Shown here one piece after another: positions 28,746 to 37,100 of a stretch of DNA of 64,000 bases (positions are counted from its first letter, which is position 1; every line of letters begins with the position of its first letter). The translations under genes were made by a program, and so were the position numbers. The notes under the pieces were generated by a model. The model saw nothing but the letters and a program-made list of their open reading frames with translations, searched no databases and was not told the DNA's origin. The stretch spans positions 192,001-256,000 of the forward strand of contig OY762463.1 in assembly GCA_963665815.1 (NCBI GenBank). The letters run 5' to 3'. The stretch comes from Candidatus Cloacimonadales bacterium. Lineage in GTDB: Bacteria; Cloacimonadota; Cloacimonadia; Cloacimonadales; JAIOQZ01.

Positions 28746-30470
28746 ATGAACAAGATTGATCCTATTTATACAGAAAAAACCGAATGTCAGGATTGTTATA
28801 AATGTGTAAGACATTGTCCGGTTAAGGCTATTACCGTGGAAGATGGTAGTGCTGTTGTTGATTCCGAACTGTGTATTTTCTGCGGAAAATGTGTAGAAAT
28901 CTGTCCTGTTGGAGCAAAAAGGATCAGACTTGATCTGTCACTGGCTAAGCAACTGTTGAAACAAAAAGATAGAGTATATGTTTCACTGGCACCATCTTAT
29001 GTCACCGAGTACCCTGATATTCACCCTTCACAGCTTATCCAGGCTATAAAGAGACTTGGCTTCCGGGGCGTTTCTGAAACAGCTATAGGAGCTCAGCTTG
29101 TGAGTGATGAATGTCTCAGCTATATAGAATCGGAAGGGCGGAAGTTCTACATTTCTTCCGCTTGTCCGGTTACAAACAACCTTATATCCAAGTATTTCCC
29201 TGATATTAAAGATAATGTCACAGCAATAATGTCCCCTGTACTGGCTCATTGTACCTTTTTGAAACAGCACTTAGGGGATGATATAGGCATTGTCTTCATC
29301 TCTCCCTGTATTGCAAAAAAGCAGGAAGCAGACAGTTACCCGGATGTTATGGATGTTTCTATCACATTCCGGGATCTGAATCAGTGGTTTGAAGAGGAGC
29401 AGATTAAGCCGGAATACTTAAGGGTTGATGAGGCTCAACAGCCAGTACCTTTTGCAGCGGATGACGGGGCGTACTACCCTATAGACGGTGGTATGAGCCG
29501 TTCCATGAAAGCTGCAGGTTCTATGGATGATATTGTTGTAATGACTTTTTCCGGTATCAGAGATATCAAAGATGCACTCAAGGATATTGAAAAACTCCCT
29601 GATGGTAAAACATATTTTATAGAAGTTCTTGCCTGCGAAGGTGGATGTGTGAACGGACCGTGCTCACAGACAAGAGATTCTACGATTGTCAAAAACAGTC
29701 AGATTCTTAACAGAGGCAAAGACTCGCGCTCAGAGAGTGCTTCTGTGAAAGAAAGCATAAAAATGGAAATTGAGACTGCCGGTTTGCATAAGAAGCAGTA
29801 TACGCTTTCTCAATTGCATGAAGCTCTGTTGAGCGTTGGTAAATACAGCACCAGAGATGAACTTAACTGCGGAGGCTGCGGCTATAACTCTTGTAAGGAA
29901 TTTGCGGCAGCTATGATAGACGGAAAGGCTGAGAAGACCATGTGCGTTTCCTATATGAGGAAGTTGGCTACCAAGAAAGCTAATGCCTTGATGCAGGCTA
30001 TGCCGTCCGGTGTTGTGATTGTTGATAAGGATCTGCGAATTGTTGACTGTAACAAAAAGTTTGTAGAGCTTGTTGGTGGTGATGCCGAGTTTGTTTATGA
30101 AGCTAACCCCGGGCTTGAGGGAGCATATCTCAAAAAGCTGATTGATTTCCATGAGCATTTCTCTAACATGTTTAATTCGGATAATGCTGAGCTTACAATA
30201 AACATAAAGAACAATGATAAATATCTGAATTTGACCTTATTTAACATAGAAGATCAGCGACTGGTCGGAGGTATAATTCAGGATATTACAACACCTTATA
30301 TACAGAGAGATCATGTTATACTTAAAGCAAAGGAAGTTATCCGCAAGAATTTGACTACAGTACAACAGATTGCCTTCCTTCTTGGTGAAAACGCTTCTGA
30401 GAGCGAAGTGATGCTGCAGGAGATAATTGACTCCTTCGGTAGTGCTCAGCATCCGAGAAAAGATTCCTGA
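28746..30470 (+). CDS. hfsB: Putative sensory [FeFe] hydrogenase with PAS domain (group C; HydS/HfsB)
   Basis: 2x[4Fe-4S] N-terminus; altered H-cluster motifs ISSACPV, ISPCIAKKQE, EVLACEGGCVNG; LNCGGCGYNSC; C-terminal PAS. Confidence 0.92.
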   Translation: MNKIDPIYTEKTECQDCYKCVRHCPVKAITVEDGSAVVDSELCIFCGKCVEICPVGAKRIRLDLSLAKQLLKQKDRVYVSLAPSYVTEYPDIHPSQLIQAIKRLGFRGVSETAIGAQLVSDECLSYIESEGRKFYISSACPVTNNLISKYFPDIKDNVTAIMSPVLAHCTFLKQHLGDDIGIVFISPCIAKKQEADSYPDVMDVSITFRDLNQWFEEEQIKPEYLRVDEAQQPVPFAADDGAYYPIDGGMSRSMKAAGSMDDIVVMTFSGIRDIKDALKDIEKLPDGKTYFIEVLACEGGCVNGPCSQTRDSTIVKNSQILNRGKDSRSESASVKESIKMEIETAGLHKKQYTLSQLHEALLSVGKYSTRDELNCGGCGYNSCKEFAAAMIDGKAEKTMCVSYMRKLATKKANALMQAMPSGVVIVDKDLRIVDCNKKFVELVGGDAEFVYEANPGLEGAYLKKLIDFHEHFSNMFNSDNAELTINIKNNDKYLNLTLFNIEDQRLVGGIIQDITTPYIQRDHVILKAKEVIRKNLTTVQQIAFLLGENASESEVMLQEIIDSFGSAQHPRKDS

Positions 30471-30480
30471 GGTAAGTCTC

Positions 30481-31662
30481 ATGCAAACATTTATTGAAGT
30501 TGGTTACTATCAGCAGAATAAACATAAGCAGGGGACATGCGGAGATGTGTTTCTCACTAAAAAGACGCCTGACAACAGCAGAACAATAACAGTGCTTTCT
30601 GATGGACTTGGGAGTGGAGTAAAAGCTAATGTTCTGGCTACATTGACAGCCTCTATGGCATCTAACTACATTATCGGAGATATTGCACCGGAAAGAGCTG
30701 CAAAGATTATAATGGAGACTTTACCGATTTGTGCTAAGAGGAAGATCGGTTACTCAACTTTTACGATAGTAGATATGCATTCTAACGGGTTAACCAGAAT
30801 TATTGAGCATGATAATCCTCCCTGTATGATCATTCGAGATGGAAAACTCATGGATTTTGAAAGTCGGGAAGTTTTTCGCAGAATGAAGATGGACTACAAT
30901 CAGGTTGTCTACAGCAAGTCATTTCAGGCTGAACCGGGGGACAGGATTGTTTTCTTCTCAGATGGAGTCAGTCAATCGGGAATAGGATTTATGAATACAC
31001 CTTTTGGATGGGAGCGGGATAAACTGGAGAAGTATGTTCTCTCAATAATTGAGGATACTCATGATATTACTTGTAAACACCTTAGTGAGAAAATTGTCAA
31101 AACAGCTATTCAGTTGGACGGCTCCAGAGCCAGAGACGACATCAGCTGTGCCTGCGTGAGTATAAGAGAGATACGAAAAGCTATTGTGTTTACAGGCCCT
31201 CCCTATAAAAAAGAGAGTGATTCAGAGCTTGCCAGAATTGCAGACAGCTTTAAGGGTAGAAAAATAATCTGTGGTGGAACAACCTCCAAGATACTTGCCA
31301 GGGAGCTTGATCTGGAGATAAATGTTGACCTGGACGATCTGGAACTGGGCTCTCATATTCCTCCATGTGCTTATATGGACGGATTTGCTCTAGTAACGGA
31401 AGGCACAATAACTCTGACTGAGGCATACAGGATACTTAAGCAAAGAAAAGATTACTCCAAATTGAAGAACGCAGCCCAGAGACTGGTAAATGAGCTTCTA
31501 AACAGTGATGATATTCAGTTTGTCATTGGGACTAAGGTAAACGAGGCTCATCAGGATCCGACTTTACCGGAAGAACTGGAGATTCGCCGCAACCTGATTA
31601 AGAAGCTGTGTAAGATTCTCGAGAATAGCTACCTGAAACAGGTTGGATTCAGGTATATATAG
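30481..31662 (+). CDS. hfsC: SpoIIE-like (PP2C) Ser/Thr phosphatase (HfsC-like)
   Basis: CGDVF, VLSDGLGSGVKANVLA, FSDGVSQSG, ARDDIS; ATG 30481 after GAGG. Confidence 0.9.
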   Translation: MQTFIEVGYYQQNKHKQGTCGDVFLTKKTPDNSRTITVLSDGLGSGVKANVLATLTASMASNYIIGDIAPERAAKIIMETLPICAKRKIGYSTFTIVDMHSNGLTRIIEHDNPPCMIIRDGKLMDFESREVFRRMKMDYNQVVYSKSFQAEPGDRIVFFSDGVSQSGIGFMNTPFGWERDKLEKYVLSIIEDTHDITCKHLSEKIVKTAIQLDGSRARDDISCACVSIREIRKAIVFTGPPYKKESDSELARIADSFKGRKIICGGTTSKILARELDLEINVDLDDLELGSHIPPCAYMDGFALVTEGTITLTEAYRILKQRKDYSKLKNAAQRLVNELLNSDDIQFVIGTKVNEAHQDPTLPEELEIRRNLIKKLCKILENSYLKQVGFRYI

Positions 31663-31716
31663 GGGGAGATGTCGACAGAATGGAGACAGAGGGTTAAGTA
31701 TTAGAATAAACTCGAA
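31663..31716 (+). repeat. ~54-bp dispersed repeat, copy 2
   Basis: GGGGAGATGTCGACAGAATGGAGACAGAGGGTTAAGTATTAGAATAAACTCGAA directly after the hfsC stop. Confidence 0.8.
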
Positions 31717-32062
31717 TTACTTACATATTCATAACTTCCATAGCGAACTAAAGTCTTTCCGGATTTCATCCGTAATAACTTAAGTCCGTGCAAAGTTTGT
31801 TCTCTCAATCACGTAGTTCATGAGAAACAAGGTGCAGATGTAAAATTAACAATCTAATTTCTGTATTCTGATTCATTTTGCAAGAAATCATTTGACAATA
31901 ACGAGTGCCCCTGATTACTGCTGGATTATCTTGATAGAAGGACACAATGTGCTAGATAAAACATTTAAGGAATATGTATTACCTTTCTGTGTTATCAGCA
32001 GTTATATAAAAATATTAAAAATATTCATTACTTTTATTAACATATTAAGGAGGAAAATTAAG

Positions 32063-32614
32063 TTGTATTCAGGGGGAAAAATATTAATTCTAATAGCTGT
32101 TTTATTAATAATATCTGGTTGCTCAATTCAGTATAATGTTATTACAGCTAACCAGTTTATTCAAATGAAAGACATAAACTTAGCTGTGAGTAAATTCATT
32201 GTTATAAATAATGAAGTTATACAAGACTCAAGTTTCAAGTCGAAATATATTGTGGAAATGTTGAGAGCTATTTATAATAAAAACAAAGCTGAAACTAACT
32301 CCATTATTACAGGAATGGAAGTTAATTGTAAGGATAGTGATCAGATGTGGTTTTGTCGTGGACTTTATGCATTTCATGATTATGACTATGTTAAAGCAAT
32401 ATCCTGTTTAAAAAAATATGATGCTGATGAATTCAAGTATTTGAAACATGTGTATATAGGTTTTGCAAAAATGGAACTGAGAAAAAGAAAACTTAAACGC
32501 TACAGTGATAAAGAGATTCTGAGTGATTATCAGACTGCATTAAACCATACAGATGATGAGAAGATAAAAGAAAGTATAAGGCTTTATGTGAGATACATAA
32601 GGCATGGAGTTTAA
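32063..32614 (+). CDS. Hypothetical lipoprotein with a helical (TPR-like) C-terminus
   Basis: AAGGAGG at 32047-32053, in-frame TTG at 32063, lipobox ILILIAVLLIISGC. Confidence 0.65.
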   Translation: MYSGGKILILIAVLLIISGCSIQYNVITANQFIQMKDINLAVSKFIVINNEVIQDSSFKSKYIVEMLRAIYNKNKAETNSIITGMEVNCKDSDQMWFCRGLYAFHDYDYVKAISCLKKYDADEFKYLKHVYIGFAKMELRKRKLKRYSDKEILSDYQTALNHTDDEKIKESIRLYVRYIRHGV

Positions 32615-33728
32615 AATGATAAAAAAATCTTTAATTCCCATAATTGTATTATTGTTCGTTCTGGGTTGCACCTCTACAAACGAAATGCTTCAAAATATTT
32701 CAAGCAATCCAAAAGATCTATATTATTTATATGACAGTGAAATTGATACACTCAAAAAGGAAGTAGGAGTAAATATTGCTCCTGTTACTTCAAATTCAGA
32801 TGTTTTTTTTCCAGCGACATCTATTACAAATGATAACTGGTTTTTATTGCCATTTCTGGTAGTAAACTTCTGGAACTACGAATACACATGGCGATTAGGT
32901 CAAGATTCTTATAAACAGAATTTTGATGAATTTCTGAATACTTCTTTGTATAATGAGGCTATGCGATCCGGTAATTTTGTTACGAATCCTTTAGCAGAAG
33001 AATCACAATCAATTGCATCAAATTATACTCTTGATGTAGAGATTGTTGATGCAGCAATATATGGACCGTTCTTTGACAGGGGATTTGCATTAATCAGTCC
33101 TTACGGATATGCATATTATTTTTCGGCGTCGGCAGGACCTGGTACAGCTGAAATTAAACTTAAATATACTCTGAATCACGGAGAAAAGACTGTTAGTAGC
33201 GGAATTGTAGAGAAATCTACCGAACTGGATAAACTCCCATCCAAAATGAAAAAAGGTCTGATTGAAACATATCATCTCTTGCTGATTGAATGTTTCTGCA
33301 GTACCGTAAATGAAGCATGTAAATCAATTGTAAATGAAACAAACCGTTATATAAATCAGAATGAATCAGATGCATTCACAAGAAATGTAAAATATGCCGA
33401 TATAACCAAGACAACTGAGGTCAAAGATGACGTTGCCTCAAAAAAGATTTTGAAACACCAGCACAAGATTGTTATGAAGAATAGTGACACGTTGATTTGT
33501 GAAATCCTGGAAGTGAAAACCGGAAAAGTAATAGCTTGTGCGGATGACACGCTGTATTATATTCAACCTGAATGGATTACGTTGATTGAAGATTATGAGT
33601 CAAACAACGTAACAAGAATCAAGATATCACCGGCAAAGTATAAGAAATATAAGTTTAATCAGTTTGAGAATTGTAGAGACTTGAACTCAAGAACTTTGCC
33701 TTTAGATCCCCTAAATGGTCGCAAATAG
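32604..33728 (+). CDS. Hypothetical lipoprotein
   Basis: MIKKSLIPIIVLLFVLGC lipobox; overlaps the upstream gene. Confidence 0.75.
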   Translation: MEFKMIKKSLIPIIVLLFVLGCTSTNEMLQNISSNPKDLYYLYDSEIDTLKKEVGVNIAPVTSNSDVFFPATSITNDNWFLLPFLVVNFWNYEYTWRLGQDSYKQNFDEFLNTSLYNEAMRSGNFVTNPLAEESQSIASNYTLDVEIVDAAIYGPFFDRGFALISPYGYAYYFSASAGPGTAEIKLKYTLNHGEKTVSSGIVEKSTELDKLPSKMKKGLIETYHLLLIECFCSTVNEACKSIVNETNRYINQNESDAFTRNVKYADITKTTEVKDDVASKKILKHQHKIVMKNSDTLICEILEVKTGKVIACADDTLYYIQPEWITLIEDYESNNVTRIKISPAKYKKYKFNQFENCRDLNSRTLPLDPLNGRK

Positions 33729-33887
33729 TATCTACTAATCATTCCTTTTTTTCTAACAAAATAAGTAGGAAACGTGAGATTAAAAAAGGTGTGTTTTGCT
33801 TGATAATAAATCTTTTTACTTACGGAGAACTAAAAATCGAGCTTGTATAATTGTTAACAATAGATGATTTTCATCTAAATTGTAAAG

Positions 33888-33931
33888 ATCCGGAATGGGC
33901 TGGCAATAACCTGTTCCGGATTATGTTTTTT
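33888..33931 (+). terminator. Terminator-like hairpin
   Basis: ATCCGGAATGGG...CCTGTTCCGGAT (12-bp stem with 2 G-U pairs) followed by TATGTTTTTT. Confidence 0.55.
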
Positions 33932-33957
33932 CTGAGTAGTAAAACATAATTCTGTCT

Positions 33958-34060
33958 GAGACCTCTACATAATTATGGTAGTACTTTACTCGGTTTTTAC
34001 TAAAAAAAAGAGTTGAAACAATTTTTAGAATTCATCAAACCCTACTCAAAACAAGCTTCA
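33958..34060 (-). mobile_element. MITE copy C (degenerate right end plus internal part)
   Basis: GAGACCTCTACATAATT..ACTCGG and ATTCATCAAA..ACTCAAAA..CTTC, colinear with copy A. Confidence 0.55.
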
Positions 34061-34181
34061 TTAAGTATCATTTCGCTTATAAAAATACTGATTAGTCAAT
34101 TATTCCGGTTTACTCGGATTTTATTCTTGACTATTTGCATGCTGAATACATGTTAAGAACATCTCATTTCGGAGGACTTCA

Positions 34182-37100
34182 ATGAAAAAAATGAACATAT
34201 TGATAATCTTTCTCATTATATTACTTTTTGCCTGTAGTAAAACTAAAGAAAAACAACAACATCCTGAACATCATCGCTTTGTTGCAAACTATACAGTTGA
34301 TTTTAACGAGAAATCACCAATTAAAGTTAGATTCTCTGAAAAAATGTCCGGGAATATTAAAGCTGATCCTAAGTTGTTAAAGAAATGTTTCAGTTTTAAT
34401 GTATCCGTTGATTTTTCAGTTAATGCGTTGAATGATTTTGAAGTTGAAATACAGCCTGAGAAAGGTAGAAAATTTGCCAGAGTAAATAAGCTTATTATTG
34501 ATGAGAAGAGCCTGTTTGATCTTGATTATGGTGCCGATATTGAACTTCCTGTTAAAGTGCGCAAGAATCAGATTATCACAGTTGAACCTGATTTTAAAAA
34601 CCTTGGAAAGAAAGCGGTATTCAAAGCTGTTGTGGAATTACGAGATGAGATTACTTCGGAAGAATTGAAAAACTCAATTACATTGCAATTGAGCAATAAG
34701 GACATTGAATTCACCGTCTCCAAAAGAATTGGAACAGGAAATCAGTTTATTGTCGAGACTTCAACATTTAATAAAACTGACAAAAATCAGATGGTCAAAC
34801 TGTCTATAACGGATGATTTAATTCCTCTTGAGTTACCAGTAGACAAAGAATACAACATTGCTTCACTTCATGCAATGCAGGTATTATGCACATATACAAA
34901 ACTTGTTGAAAACAGAGGGACAATCGAAGTTCTTTTCTCAGAAGAGATAGATTTCAGTCAGCGAATTGAGAATTATGTAGAGCTGAAGCATGATAAGAAA
35001 GTAATGAATGTAACTTGTGTGAAGCAGAGTGATAGAATAATTCTGACAGGAAACCTGCAAAGCGGGAAATCTTACGATTTAACATTGAAAAAGGGAATTC
35101 TCAACAAGCACAATCATGAGCTTGAGAAGGATTATCATGATACAATAATCATAAATGATGTAAGCCCATACATTGCATTTGCAGAGAGTGGGAATTTATA
35201 TTCTACAAAAGGGAACAACAAAGTCAGGATTCGTTCGGTAAATTACAGCAAGATTAGAGTTCGGATTTACCGGATTGCTGAAAAAAATATGGGACACTTC
35301 ATTTACAGGGAAGGATTCAAACCCTATCGTTACAACTTGTATGATGGTCTGTTTTCACGGAAGATTATTGAACAGGAACTGAACTTGAACACTGAAAAAA
35401 ATAAGTGGGAAGAAACGGATCTTGATTTGTCGAAAATTATCGGAGCAGATAAGAATGGGATGTATGTTGTTGATATTGAGGGAAATAGCGTAAACGAAAA
35501 TGTTTATGCAAATCCAACCCAGAGCAACGATACTAAAGTGATGTTAATCTCAGACCTTGGAATAACATATAAAAGAGAAGCAGAGGACAGGCATAAGGTT
35601 ATTGTAACCAACCTCATAACAGCAAAACCTGAATCCGGATGCAATGTCAAAATTTATGATAAACAGAATATTCTGATGATTAATGGCAGTACAGATTCAA
35701 GAGGTATGTTTGATTTTCAATTAAATGATAAAGGATTTGAAGGTCGAACAGAGCGTAAGATGATCATTATAACTGCTGAGAACAGTAAATCTCTGACTAT
35801 ATTGTATCCAAATAAAATGCAATGGAATACATCCACATTTGACGTAGCAGGTGCAAGCATAGATCAGGCAGGTAATTCCTTTGTATATACAGAAAGAGGA
35901 GTATACAGACCGGGAGATGAAATTAACTTCTCGTTTGTGCTGAGATCAGCCGACGGAACATTTCCTGCAAATCAACCTGTAAATATTGAGATTTTCAATC
36001 CGAGGGGATCCAAAAAACTTTCTAAGACCATCAAGAATGGGAAAGATGGCTTTTACACAATGTCATTTACAACTGATGAAAACGCTCAAACGGGAACCTG
36101 GTCATTAAAGTACTCTTCCGGAGGAATAAAAGGAAGTCATTCATTCAAAGTTGAAACTGTTGTTGCGGAAAGACTGAAAGTGGAAATTACTCCTGAGAAA
36201 AATGTAGTCAATGTTGATGACAAATCATTTAAGATTGATGTGAAATCTCAATATCTTTTCGGAGCCCCAGCAAGCAATCTCAAGTACAAAGTTAATGCCG
36301 AAATTTCCAAGGTGAGTAAAAAAATACAGACACTGCCCGGATTTATTTTTGATGATGTTACAACTTCGTTCAAAAGGACAAATGTTATTGTTGGAGAAGG
36401 AAATCTGGATAAAAATGGAGATACTCAGGTTAAATGGAAAATACCTGATCTCGGAAACTCTCCGGCTTCTTTAATGGCAGTATTAAAAGCTGAAGTAATT
36501 GATAATGGAGGTAGAGCATCCAAAGCAACAAAGTATGTTGATATTAATCCATACAGCTATTACGTAGGTATTAAACTACCGGATGATATGCATATCCGGA
36601 GTACTAACAAGGTAAAAGTAGCACTTATTGATGTTGATGGAAAGCTTGTGCCCGGTGAAGATCTCACATTATCTATTTACCACAAAAGTCGATACTGGTG
36701 GTATGAGAGGGGAAGAACAAGCAGAAACTCCTACAAGGCAAATGATAAAGTGGCTCTGGTATACTCTCAGAATTTGAAAAGCGATGTTGATCCTCTTGAA
36801 GTTGACATTGATATTAGTAACTGGGGGGAATATCTTATTGAAGTAACACATAGTGCTTCTAGTGGTCACACGGCAGCACAATATTTTTATCCCTACTGGT
36901 ACGGAAGCAAAGAAAATGGAGCTATGGATGATGGAATCCTGTCTCTTAAAACAGATAAGAAAACATATAAATCAGGTGAAACGGCTAAAGTACAGTTTGA
37001 TGCCCCTGAAAAAAGTGTTGTTCTTGTATCTCTTGAGTCAAAGGGAAAGATTCTCAAGACTTACTGGGATAACCCAAAAGTAAAGGATGGAAAAGGTGAG

